Origin: Lachnospiraceae bacterium
Lineage (GTDB): Bacteria > Bacillota > Clostridia > Lachnospirales > Lachnospiraceae
Assembly: GCA_029227035.1 (NCBI GenBank)
Contig: JAQXZD010000028.1
Location: 79 to 64,078, forward strand
Direction: 5' to 3'
DNA length: 64,000 nt
How positions within the stretch are numbered: the first letter of the stretch is position 1; every line of letters begins with the position of its first letter. The translations under genes and the position numbers were made by a program. Below the pieces are notes generated by a model. It made no database searches, had not been told where the DNA came from, and worked only from the letters and a program-made list of their open reading frames with translations. This document shows, piece by piece, positions 38,059 through 47,357 of the stretch.

Positions 38059-38676
38059 TTGACACGATTTTGCAAAAATGTGTCACATTTCGGAAAGGAC
38101 AGTAATTCATTGAATCCATCAACCAATCCCAGTGCGCTTCGCTCCAAAACGGAAATAACCAAGGCGCTTTTACAATTGATGAACCAATATCCCTATGCGG
38201 AGATATCCATCAAACAGATTGTCATGGATGCGCATGTGGTTCGCAAGACTTTTTACCGCAATTTTTCAGATAAAGATGATGTGCTGGACTCCTATCTGAA
38301 CAACATTATGACAGAATATGTGACCGCGCTTCAGCAGATAGAAGACTGTGGTATTGCAAACGTTTTGAATGTGATTTTCGAATTCTGTATATTGCATAAG
38401 GATTTTCTGCTGCTGCTTCAGCGAAACCACCTTATGTATCTGCTTTTGGATAAGTGGAATACATTTATTCCGGACGTTCATGAGCGGATTGTGGATCCAA
38501 ACAGTGTATTTGTCAGAGCCTGCAGGGGTCTTCGTATGGATTATGTTCTTGCGTTCAATATCGGTGCGGTCTGGAACATCATTCTAAAGTGGCTGGAGCA
38601 TGACGGGAAGGAATCTCCGGAAGAGATTAAACGAACCATCATAGCTTATCTGGAGAGAGCGCAGCAGTTTATATAG
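38059..38676 (+). CDS. TetR/AcrR family regulator
   Basis: ISIKQIV..AHVVRKTFYRNF.DK; start uncertain; TGACAC/GTGTCA half-sites in the divergent region. Confidence 0.88.
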   Translation: MTRFCKNVSHFGKDSNSLNPSTNPSALRSKTEITKALLQLMNQYPYAEISIKQIVMDAHVVRKTFYRNFSDKDDVLDSYLNNIMTEYVTALQQIEDCGIANVLNVIFEFCILHKDFLLLLQRNHLMYLLLDKWNTFIPDVHERIVDPNSVFVRACRGLRMDYVLAFNIGAVWNIILKWLEHDGKESPEEIKRTIIAYLERAQQFI

Positions 38677-40060
38677 TTACATTATCTTCGTTAAGCGGAA
38701 GCTCTACCGTAACAACTGCGCCGCCATCAAGACGGTTGCCAAGGGACAAGGTCCCGCCAAGAGAGGTGACAAGCTGATTGGTGATGGCAAGTCCCATCCC
38801 AAAGTGTGTACGGCTGCCACGGCTTTCGTCTGCCTGATAAAATTCTTCGGTGCCGTGCTTTAATGCTTCCGAGGAGAAGCCGCATCCCTCATCTGAAATT
38901 TCCAGAATCAGTGCATGGGCAGCGTAAGCATGCAGTGTAACGGTACCGTGAACCGGGGAGTAGTGTATGGCATTGTCCAGCAGGTTGGTCAGAATCCGCT
39001 TCATGGATTCTTCCGGAAATGGCAGCAGTTTTGGCAGATTTTCAGGCAGAAATCGGATGGTAAGGTCCTTTTTTTGCCCGAGGCTTGTGGTATTTTCCAG
39101 AAGCGTATTCAAAAAATCCGCAAATAAGACAGAGGACGATACGGTAAGTTCCTCCCTATCTTTTGCCATTTCAATCATTTTTGTCACATAATCCTGAATT
39201 TGTTCCGTGTTTTGCAGAATAAAGTGATTATAGGAATTTTGTTCGGCACTCAGATTCGTCTCCTGTAAAAGCTCTGCATTGCCCCGCACAATGGTGAGAG
39301 GCGTTTTGATATCGTGTGCAAGTGCGGACATCTGCTTTTTCTTCTGCTGCTGGATATGCCACTGTTCTTTTAAGGAATGGGCAAGTTCCGTCCGCATATG
39401 GTCAAAAGCATCAATGACATGATTCAGTTCGCGGATGCGGGTGCGGGTAATCGTAAAATCAAGGTTCTGCTTTCCAATCTGGTCTGCGATATCCTGCATC
39501 ACAAGAAGTTCTTTGGAAAACTTTCTTGCATAATGTGTGATAACGAGGATGAGACCTGTTATGAGAAGAAGGAAAAACAGAATGATTTCGAATAAGTCTG
39601 CGTTGGGAAACAGATGCCGCAGGGCAGGGCTTGTAAATGTGGCGCGGATACAGTAAGAAAAAATAATAATCTGTTGGTCTGTTTCTGTTTTTGAAAAGAC
39701 ACGTCCGCGGATATTGGTGTTCAAGGTCTGTTTATCTGAGGCAAGAAGAGTGCCGGCATTTTCCAACAGCTCATCCGAAAGGTTAGTTTCCTGGAGTGCA
39801 CCGGTTTTGCTGTAGATGGCGTAGTCTGCCTCCTGTGGAATCATGTCTGCGGTTACAACCGTGCCGGAATCAAGATTGCTGGTAAAGTCCTGTACGCTCT
39901 GCTCAATCCGGTTGGCGGGAATAATGATATCGGAACCGATTGCAAGTGTCAGCAGAGCAATCCATAATATAAAGGCAATAAGTCCTGACAGCACTGTAGC
40001 AATAAGAAAGCGCAGAAAAAAGGTGCTGAGTCGTATCTCTTTTTTTCGTATTATTTCCAT
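38669..40060 (-). CDS. Sensor histidine kinase with HAMP domain
   Basis: AHDIKTPL, NLLDNA, DEGCG, GMGL. Confidence 0.93.
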   Translation of the reverse strand: MEIIRKKEIRLSTFFLRFLIATVLSGLIAFILWIALLTLAIGSDIIIPANRIEQSVQDFTSNLDSGTVVTADMIPQEADYAIYSKTGALQETNLSDELLENAGTLLASDKQTLNTNIRGRVFSKTETDQQIIIFSYCIRATFTSPALRHLFPNADLFEIILFFLLLITGLILVITHYARKFSKELLVMQDIADQIGKQNLDFTITRTRIRELNHVIDAFDHMRTELAHSLKEQWHIQQQKKKQMSALAHDIKTPLTIVRGNAELLQETNLSAEQNSYNHFILQNTEQIQDYVTKMIEMAKDREELTVSSSVLFADFLNTLLENTTSLGQKKDLTIRFLPENLPKLLPFPEESMKRILTNLLDNAIHYSPVHGTVTLHAYAAHALILEISDEGCGFSSEALKHGTEEFYQADESRGSRTHFGMGLAITNQLVTSLGGTLSLGNRLDGGAVVTVELPLNEDNVTI

Positions 40061-40710
40061 CGGTATCCAATCCCCCAAACCGTTTCAATTGGTGAGTGTC
40101 CCGCAGAAGCAAATTTTCTGCGAATGTTTTTAATGTGTTCCGTAATGACGGAATCGTCACTTTCTCCATCATATCCGAATACGGCTTCATAAATCTGTTC
40201 TCTTGAGAAGACCTGTCCGTGATTTTTTGCCAGAAACAGAGAAATTTCATACTCACTTTTCGTAAAAGGCAGTTTCTCGTCGCTGACCAGAATTTCTCTT
40301 GAGGAAAGGAAGAAGCGAACGCCGGATACGGACAGACAGGAATGCTTTTCGCGTTGTTCCCGCCGCAGGTGTGCATTCACTCTTGCGCGCAGTTCAACAA
40401 TGGAAAAAGGTTTTTTGATATAGTCATCAGCACCGATGGAAAAGCCAAAATCCACATCCTCTTCCAGACTTTTGGCGGTCAGGAAGAGAATCGGGCAATC
40501 AACCTGCTGACGAATTTCACGGCAAAAAGTGTACCCATCGGTACCGGGCATCATGACATCCAAAAGGATGAGATCATAGGATGCGGCCTGTTCCCGGATC
40601 TGTTCGGTAATCTTCGGACAGCAGGTGACGGTATGTCCTTCTTTTTGCAAGGCATTTTTGATCAGAAGCAGAATCGCTTCCTCATCATCAATTGCAAGAA
40701 TTCGAGCCAT
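40051..40710 (-). CDS. OmpR-family response regulator
   Basis: ILAIDDE, LDVMMP, GADDYIKKPF, TVWGIGY. Confidence 0.95.
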   Translation of the reverse strand: MARILAIDDEEAILLLIKNALQKEGHTVTCCPKITEQIREQAASYDLILLDVMMPGTDGYTFCREIRQQVDCPILFLTAKSLEEDVDFGFSIGADDYIKKPFSIVELRARVNAHLRREQREKHSCLSVSGVRFFLSSREILVSDEKLPFTKSEYEISLFLAKNHGQVFSREQIYEAVFGYDGESDDSVITEHIKNIRRKFASAGHSPIETVWGIGYRWK

Positions 40711-40746
40711 ATATGTTTCCTTCCGCAGAAATAATGTCGGCACGGC

Positions 40747-41592
40747 TTAAAAGCACAGCCGGTACAGTAAACAGGATAATGCATAGAGTACATAAATATG
40801 GACAGGATAAAACCAGTAAAACAATTGTTTGGAACCGTGTCCACGAGTCCCATTGTAACACAGCATCGGAATAACGGCAAATATCTCCATCCATTCATAG
40901 GCGTCCGTAAAGAAGAACGAAAGGGTGGCATTGCCCGGGAGAGATAAAAGGCACAGCGCAACATCCCACAGCAAGCAGAAAAGTGCAAAAGCAAGTGCCT
41001 GACGCTTTGGATGCCTGCGAAACAGATAGAGAATAATACCACAAAAAAGTGTAGCCGTACCGCCGTCCATGATAAAAGAATGGCATGGAAGAACGGTGTA
41101 TACAAGCAGATTAAGTAAAAATTCCGCGGTAGGATTTGCGCCCATCTGAAATAGCTGAAACAGGAATGCCATTAAATAAGGAAGAATAATAGGCACTGCA
41201 ACAGCGGTGATTCCCTTAAGCCATTTCTTTTGTTCGCACCAGTCGATTCCCTGCAGGACAACCAGCAGAACGACATAGGAAGCGAGCATCTGATTTTGCG
41301 GGAAAAAGCCATCTCCACGTACCAGAGAACTTCCTATATTATAGAAAGAAAACTGAACAAGCCCCATCAGGATTGCAAGTGCATAGATGTGCAGAAAATA
41401 TTTCCTGCGGTCATGCGTGTGGATAAATCCTTCGATGATGCAAAAGAGAAATAGTGGGGCAGCAAGTCTTCCAATCCATGAAAAAAAGAGCGGAACTTTT
41501 CCGGTGAAAGAAAAGAAATACTCTATGTGGTCAAGAACCATGCATGCCATGGCCAGATACTTTAACCCAAAATTTGATATACCTCGATTCAT
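40747..41592 (-). CDS. TraX family membrane protein (putative acyltransferase)
   Basis: LKYLA..CMVLDH, IGRLAAPLF...EGF.HT, YNG.RG, FY.FYPVH. Confidence 0.85.
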   Translation of the reverse strand: MNRGISNFGLKYLAMACMVLDHIEYFFSFTGKVPLFFSWIGRLAAPLFLFCIIEGFIHTHDRRKYFLHIYALAILMGLVQFSFYNIGSSLVRGDGFFPQNQMLASYVVLLVVLQGIDWCEQKKWLKGITAVAVPIILPYLMAFLFQLFQMGANPTAEFLLNLLVYTVLPCHSFIMDGGTATLFCGIILYLFRRHPKRQALAFALFCLLWDVALCLLSLPGNATLSFFFTDAYEWMEIFAVIPMLCYNGTRGHGSKQLFYWFYPVHIYVLYALSCLLYRLCF

Positions 41593-41644
41593 AGGAATCC
41601 TCCATTTCTGAAAATTGATGTATTTGGTTTACAGAGTCTTAGCA

Positions 41645-41673
41645 TAAAGGAGAAATATAAGGAAACTATAAGG
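41645..41673 (-). promoter_or_regulatory. Direct-repeat operator (OmpR-type)
   Basis: TAAAGG, TATAAGG, TATAAGG at an 11-bp period upstream of the traX-regulator-kinase operon. Confidence 0.55.
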
Positions 41674-41691
41674 TTTTGAAATATTAGGATT

Positions 41692-41886
41692 GTAACTATT
41701 CAGAACCTATCCTACATTCGCATTTCCGCACTCTCTGCGAGTGCTTTCCCGTCCCTTCGGGACTAAAAATGCTCATATAGGGAGAGGTGACTCTATTCGA
41801 GCCACCTTACGAATAAAATAAACAGCTTCTTACATGCAAGCATGACGAATCTGCCTATTTTATTCTAAGGGGTTCTGAATAGTTAC
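41692..41886. mobile_element. MITE-like structured element, family A, copy 1 (195 bp)
   Basis: Perfect 16-bp terminal inverted repeat GTAACTATTCAGAACC/GGTTCTGAATAGTTAC; inverted copy at 43136. Confidence 0.8.
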
Positions 41887-41915
41887 TTTGTTTTATAAAT
41901 ATTTTAGAATTTTTA

Positions 41916-41942
41916 TTAGCACTCCATCTTGACGAGTGCTAA
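41916..41942 (+). promoter_or_regulatory. CIRCE element (HrcA operator) overlapping the -35 box
   Basis: TTAGCACTC-N9-GAGTGCTAA perfect consensus; TATAAT at 41951. Confidence 0.96.
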
Positions 41943-42004
41943 TAACGTGATATAATACAATCAGAACAAAGGAAAACAAGAAATCATGGAAGGAGAGATG
42001 ACAT

Positions 42005-42421
42005 ATGTTAATGCCTAGTATTTTTGGAGAAAACATTTTTGATGATTTCATGGAGTCTTTTGATCATTTTCAGGGAAACGACCTGATGCGGACCGATGTT
42101 AAGGAAAGCGATGGAAGCTACGAAGTGACCATGAATATTCCGGGAGTCAGAAAGGAAGACGTAAATGCAAAGCTGGAAGATGGTTATCTGAGCGTCAATG
42201 TATCGGCAAATACCTCAAAGGATGAAAAGGATAAGAATGGAAATTACATCCGCAGGGAACGCTACAGTGGCAGCGCAAGCCGGAGCTTTTATGTGGGAAC
42301 GGAAGTTACACAGGAGGACATCAAAGCAAAATTTGAAAACGGAACACTGAAACTTATCATTCCGAAGAAGGAATCAACACCAAAAGTAGAGAATAAGCAG
42401 TATATTGCAATTGAAGGATAA
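42005..42421 (+). CDS. Hsp20/alpha-crystallin small heat-shock protein
   Basis: MRTDVKE, PGVRKED, YIRRER, AKFENGTL.L.IPK. Confidence 0.95.
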   Translation: MLMPSIFGENIFDDFMESFDHFQGNDLMRTDVKESDGSYEVTMNIPGVRKEDVNAKLEDGYLSVNVSANTSKDEKDKNGNYIRRERYSGSASRSFYVGTEVTQEDIKAKFENGTLKLIIPKKESTPKVENKQYIAIEG

Positions 42422-42437
42422 CAAAAGGAGGAACCTT

Positions 42438-42869
42438 ATGATGTATGATTTATTTGACACATTTTTCACAACCCCGTGGGTGGACACGAACGATTACCAG
42501 AAAGCAGAGAAGAAGCTGTGCGGACAGAATGCCAAGAATCTGATGCAGACGGATATCAAGGAGTTTGATAACGGCTTTGAACTGATTATGGATTTGCCGG
42601 GATTTAAAAAGGAAGAGGTGCAGGCAGCCCTTGAGAAAGGCTATCTGACAGTCACTGCCACAAAAGGCGTGGAAGAGGAAGAGAATTCCGGTGGTAAATA
42701 CATTCGCCGGGAGAGATATACCGGAAGCTGCCAGAGAAGCTTCTATGTTGGAGAGTATCTGCGGCAGGAGGATATCAAAGCTAAGTTTGAGCAGGGAATT
42801 CTGCGCCTGACCATTCCGAAGAAGGATCAGCAGAGAATCGAAAACAATAAGTATATTGCGATTGAATAA
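42438..42869 (+). CDS. Hsp20/alpha-crystallin small heat-shock protein (tandem paralog)
   Basis: MQTDIKE, LPGFKKE, YIRRER, AKFEQGIL; RBS AGGAGG. Confidence 0.95.
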   Translation: MMYDLFDTFFTTPWVDTNDYQKAEKKLCGQNAKNLMQTDIKEFDNGFELIMDLPGFKKEEVQAALEKGYLTVTATKGVEEEENSGGKYIRRERYTGSCQRSFYVGEYLRQEDIKAKFEQGILRLTIPKKDQQRIENNKYIAIE

Positions 42870-43047
42870 TTAAGCGTATATTTAGAGAATCTTTCCATAT
42901 TTTAGAAAGTATTCACGCGTAAGACACAGGATATTCATATTCATTCAGTATGATAATCATATCAAAAGGAGCTGTTGTGTTTTGGCAGATTCGCCGGAGT
43001 GCTCTCAGTTCCGACTAAAAATAATCCACGAGAGTGGTTTGCATATG

Positions 43048-43086
43048 ACTCCGTTTCAGATAAAGACTCTGAAACGGAGTTTTTTT
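43048..43086 (+). terminator. Rho-independent terminator
   Basis: ACTCCGTTTCAG...CTGAAACGGAGT followed by a T run. Confidence 0.85.
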
Positions 43087-43135
43087 ATAAACTTTGTATT
43101 CCATATAAAAGGATTCATGTTATACTAAAAAGAAC

Positions 43136-43336
43136 GTAACTATTCAGAACCCTTTACGAATAAGAGAGACAGATTCGTCATGCTTGTATGTAAGAAGCTG
43201 TTTATCTTATTCGTAAAGTGGATCGAATAGAGTCACTTCCCCCCGATATGAGCATTTTTAGTCCTGAAAGGACGGGAAAGCACTCGGAAACGAGTGCGGA
43301 AATGCGAATACCGGGGAAGGGGTTCTGAATAGTCAT
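43136..43336. mobile_element. MITE-like structured element, family A, copy 2 (inverted relative to copy 1)
   Basis: GTAACTATTCAGAACCC...GGGTTCTGAATAGTCAT; reverse complement aligns with 41692-41886. Confidence 0.8.
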
Positions 43337-43369
43337 AAATTATAAAAAGTATACGGAGGACACATAGTT

Positions 43370-44386
43370 GTGAGAAAAAGGAAGTATTCTATATATATGG
43401 TAATTACGCTTCTTGCAGTTTTGCTTCTGACAGGATGCGCGGGAAAAACAAGCAGAAAAGTAATCAGTACGCAGGAACCGGAAGTGCCGAAGGCTTCCCA
43501 AATGCAGGAATCCGAAGAAGTACCGGCGGAGACCGAGACGGAACCGGAGATTGATGTGACGGCATTGGAGACGGTATATACAACGGATACTGTAAATGTG
43601 CGGGAAGCGCCATCCACAGATGCGCAGGTGGTGGAGAAACTGGGACGTCGCACGGAGGTTCAGAGAATTTCGGATGATGGCGAATGGAGCAGCATCTATC
43701 TGAATGGTCAGATTTGCTATGTGGCAAGTGCTTATCTGAGGGTTCCGGGAGAAGGAAATGGCTATGTGATAGCCATAGATGCCGGACATCAGGCGAATGC
43801 TGACAGTTCAAAGGAACCAATCGGACCGGGAGCCTCGGAGACAAAAGCGAAGGTGGCCGGAGGAACCCACGGAGATACAAGCGGATTGGCAGAGTATGAG
43901 CTGACGCTTCAGGTGGCACTGAAGTTGCAGGAAGAACTGGAGAACAGAGGCTATGAGGTGGTTATGACGCGAACAACGAATGATGTCAATATCAGCAATT
44001 CGGAGCGGGCGGAAATTGCCAATCAGGCGGGAGCGGATGCTTTTGTCCGGCTTCACGCAAACGGAGCAGAGAACACCGGGGCGAATGGCGCCATGACGAT
44101 TTGCCAGACCGCATCAAACCCGTATAATGCAGCCCTTTACAGTCAGAGCAAGAGCTTGTCGGAGGCAGTGCTGAATCATTATGTTGCGGCAACCGGCTGC
44201 AAGAAGGAACGCGTCTGGGAGACGGACAGTATGAGCGGAATCAACTGGTGTCAGGTTCCGGTTACAATTATTGAGATGGGTTATATGACGAATTCCACGG
44301 AGGATGCCAATATGGCATCTGCCGGTTATCAGAGTAATATGGTAGTTGGAATAGCAGATGGAATCGATGAATTTTTAGGTCAGTAA
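43370..44386 (+). CDS. Lipoprotein N-acetylmuramoyl-L-alanine amidase (SH3b + Amidase_3)
   Basis: Lipobox [31 protein letters not shown]. Confidence 0.92.
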   Translation: MRKRKYSIYMVITLLAVLLLTGCAGKTSRKVISTQEPEVPKASQMQESEEVPAETETEPEIDVTALETVYTTDTVNVREAPSTDAQVVEKLGRRTEVQRISDDGEWSSIYLNGQICYVASAYLRVPGEGNGYVIAIDAGHQANADSSKEPIGPGASETKAKVAGGTHGDTSGLAEYELTLQVALKLQEELENRGYEVVMTRTTNDVNISNSERAEIANQAGADAFVRLHANGAENTGANGAMTICQTASNPYNAALYSQSKSLSEAVLNHYVAATGCKKERVWETDSMSGINWCQVPVTIIEMGYMTNSTEDANMASAGYQSNMVVGIADGIDEFLGQ

Positions 44387-44397
44387 GGAGTTGGAAA

Positions 44398-45228
44398 ATG
44401 GGAGCACAGGATAAAACAGAGAAAGTGTTGCGGGCGCTTCATGTACTATTGTCAAAGAGTGAGCCTTTCCCGAATGAACCGGGCAAGGTGATTGTGGATA
44501 AGCAGGAGATGCTGGATTTGCTGGCAAACCTGAATACCTGTATTTATGAAATTATGGATGAGCATGAGCTGACAAAGAGAAGTCGCGACAAGGCAGAACG
44601 GGAATTTCAAAAGCAGGGAGATCAGATTATCTGGGATGCAAGCCGTAAGGCGGAGGATGTCTATGCGGCATCCGTCATGTATATGGATGAGGCGTTAAAC
44701 CGTATGCAGGGTATTTTAAAGGAAGCCGATGCGAAAGTCGGGGAAATTTATTCCGGCATCAAGGATGCAATGGAAAAGGAAGAACGCGAGATTAAGACAA
44801 ATCAGATGGAGCTTAAGAGCCAGCTTCAGGATTTGGTTGACACGGAAAAATATCTTAAGCTGATTGAAGACAGGAACCGTGAGATTGAAAAGGAAAAGAA
44901 TGAGGGAAATCCGGAGTATGAGCAGGAGAAGTCCATCTACGCAAACCGTCAGTCGGAGGTAAAGGTCAATCTGGAATATCTGGATAAACTCGGTCTTGCA
45001 GCAGTGGATGAAACGGCGCCGGAGGAAGAGCATGGACCGGAGGAGGATGACGAAGAGCTCAAGAAGCTTGAAGCGGAAATCCGGGTGAATCTGGATGCGG
45101 ACTATTTTCAGTGGAAGGATGACCGGGAAGACGCAGAAGAGGAGGAGCCTAAGCACAAGGAAGGAACCATTCAGCAGAAAATAAAGAATTTAATGGGAGG
45201 GTACGCACATGACGATTCTGGTATGTGA
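44398..45228 (+). CDS. Conserved hypothetical coiled-coil protein
   Basis: Long ORF with RBS AAGGAG; KVIVDKQEMLDLL and YMDEAL segments. Confidence 0.75.
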   Translation: MGAQDKTEKVLRALHVLLSKSEPFPNEPGKVIVDKQEMLDLLANLNTCIYEIMDEHELTKRSRDKAEREFQKQGDQIIWDASRKAEDVYAASVMYMDEALNRMQGILKEADAKVGEIYSGIKDAMEKEEREIKTNQMELKSQLQDLVDTEKYLKLIEDRNREIEKEKNEGNPEYEQEKSIYANRQSEVKVNLEYLDKLGLAAVDETAPEEEHGPEEDDEELKKLEAEIRVNLDADYFQWKDDREDAEEEEPKHKEGTIQQKIKNLMGGYAHDDSGM

Positions 45229-45898
45229 TGATGATAAAGAGATTGTAGAGGCCATTGAGATCTATCTCCTGCAGGAGGGGTACGAGGTAGAGAAGGCCTA
45301 TGATGGAGAGCAGGCGTTGGAAGCTTTGCGCACAAAAGATATTGATCTGATGATTATTGATGTAATGATGCCGAAACTGGATGGAATTCGTGCGACTTTT
45401 CAGGCGCGTAAGACCAGCAGCATTCCGATTATTATCCTGTCGGCAAAGACAGAAGATACGGACAAGATTCTCGGATTGAACGTAGGAGCGGATGATTATG
45501 TGACCAAACCGTTCAATCCGCTGGAACTGGTGGCCCGTGTGAAGTCACAGCTTCGCAGATATACAACGCTTTCCAGCACGGCATCGGGTGAGACGGTTTA
45601 TGAAGAGGGCGGCCTTGTCATCAATGATGATTTGAAAAAGGTGACGGTAGACGGAGAAGAGGTGCGGCTGACTCCGATTGAGTATAATATTCTTTTGCTC
45701 CTTATGAAGAATAAAGGAAAAGTCTATTCCATCAGTGAAATCTATGAGGAAATCTGGAATGAGGAAGCAATCGGGGCAGATAATACGGTTGCGGTACATA
45801 TCCGGCATATCCGGGAAAAAATAGAAATCAATCCAAAGGAGCCGCGTTATCTGAAAGTGGTCTGGGGTGTTGGGTACAAAATCGAAGCGGGGGTATAA
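45209..45898 (+). CDS. OmpR-family response regulator
   Basis: ILVCDDD, GADDYVTKPFNP, VVWGVGY. Confidence 0.95.
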   Translation: MTILVCDDDKEIVEAIEIYLLQEGYEVEKAYDGEQALEALRTKDIDLMIIDVMMPKLDGIRATFQARKTSSIPIIILSAKTEDTDKILGLNVGADDYVTKPFNPLELVARVKSQLRRYTTLSSTASGETVYEEGGLVINDDLKKVTVDGEEVRLTPIEYNILLLLMKNKGKVYSISEIYEEIWNEEAIGADNTVAVHIRHIREKIEINPKEPRYLKVVWGVGYKIEAGV

Positions 45899-45904
45899 CT
45901 GCAT

Positions 45905-47284
45905 ATGAAAGAGTACTCATACGGACGAAAAGCGGCAGCAGTTGTTTTGCATCAGATGTTTCTGATTATGATGTCCTGCTGTATCTATGGAACCGGTTAT
46001 CAATTGAAAATGCGGGGAAGCGGAGTAGAAATTCTGGGCGTTCTTACGGTGGTCGGTCTGGTGGGAGGTTTCGTGATGCTGGCTTATCTGACAAGCATCA
46101 GCGGAAGAAAATCTGCGGAAGATCCGCAGGTGTATCTGCATGTGACCGATCATGTGTATACGGAGATTCAGTTGGTTTTGTTTTTCCTGTTTGTGTATCT
46201 GTTACTGTATTTTTGCAGAGAGCTGCAGCGCCTGCATTTTGAATTCTCGGGACTTATGGTTGCAACAGGAGTCGTGAGTTATCTGGCAGATGCCGTATTT
46301 CTGATATTTTATCTGAGCATTGTCAGAAAAGCGAAGAGCAATACACTTTTAACGGGGAGCCTGATTTATTCCATCGTGTCCTTCATACGGCATGTAAGAG
46401 AAAACGGAAAGAGGAATGTTTTTTTTACAAGAAAAGCGCGGGAACGCCATGAGATTCAGGCTGCAATAGAAGCAATCGCAGCGGGAGCGCTGGATACGAA
46501 GCTGGATGTGGAGGCATTTCACGGACAGGAGCGGGACATTGCGGTTGCGGTCAACCATATCCGCGAAGGTCTCAGCGATGCCATCATGGAACGGATTAAA
46601 AATGAGAGAATGAAAGCGGATCTGATTACAAATGTCTCCCATGATATAAAGACTCCGCTTACTTCCATTGTCAATTATGTGGATTTGCTGAAGCGGGAGA
46701 ATCTGGATAATGAGAATGCCAGAGGATATATAAGGATTTTGGACGAAAAATCGCAGCGCCTGAAGCAGTTGACCGAAGATCTGGTTGAGGCATCCAAGAT
46801 CAGCTCCGGAAATATTAAACTGGACATGCAGACCATTGACTTTGTGGAGCTGATTTACCAGACGGGAGGAGAGTTTAACGAGCGGTTTGAGGCGCGTAAT
46901 CTCACGATTGTCACAAAGCTTCCACATGATTCGGTTATGATAAAGGCGGACGGGAGGCAGCTCTACCGCGCGATTGAGAATCTGTATACCAACGCTTCCA
47001 AGTATGCGCTTGAAAATACAAGAGTGTACGTGAATCTGGAAGTTGAAGGGGAAGAGGCTGTATTTACCATGAAAAATGTATCTAAGGTACCGCTTCCGGA
47101 CAACCGGGATGGGGCAAATGATCTGACCGCGCGTTTTGTCCGGGGAGAGGAATCCCGAACCACGGAGGGAAGCGGACTGGGACTTTCCATTGCCAAGAAT
47201 CTGACGATGCTTATGGGAGGCAGTTTCCGAATCCGGGTAGACGGAGATTTATTTATCGCAACGATTTCCTTTCATATTTGCTAA
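45905..47284 (+). CDS. Sensor histidine kinase with intramembrane sensor
   Basis: SHDIKTPL, NLYTNASKY, GSGLGLSIA; about 4 TM. Confidence 0.93.
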   Translation: MKEYSYGRKAAAVVLHQMFLIMMSCCIYGTGYQLKMRGSGVEILGVLTVVGLVGGFVMLAYLTSISGRKSAEDPQVYLHVTDHVYTEIQLVLFFLFVYLLLYFCRELQRLHFEFSGLMVATGVVSYLADAVFLIFYLSIVRKAKSNTLLTGSLIYSIVSFIRHVRENGKRNVFFTRKARERHEIQAAIEAIAAGALDTKLDVEAFHGQERDIAVAVNHIREGLSDAIMERIKNERMKADLITNVSHDIKTPLTSIVNYVDLLKRENLDNENARGYIRILDEKSQRLKQLTEDLVEASKISSGNIKLDMQTIDFVELIYQTGGEFNERFEARNLTIVTKLPHDSVMIKADGRQLYRAIENLYTNASKYALENTRVYVNLEVEGEEAVFTMKNVSKVPLPDNRDGANDLTARFVRGEESRTTEGSGLGLSIAKNLTMLMGGSFRIRVDGDLFIATISFHIC

Positions 47285-47357
47285 AAGGCTTGATTTCAAG
47301 ACTTGCAATAGATATAATCAAAACTGACGAAATGTGCAGAAAGAGGAGATAACCAAT

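Noticed and set aside
38671-38680. ATAGTTAC as another family A end
   Set aside because: Only 8 bp match and it is explained by two convergent stop codons.
40747-41592. TraX as evidence of a conjugative element
   Set aside because: No other transfer, relaxase or coupling genes; TraX-family genes commonly occur alone beside two-component systems.
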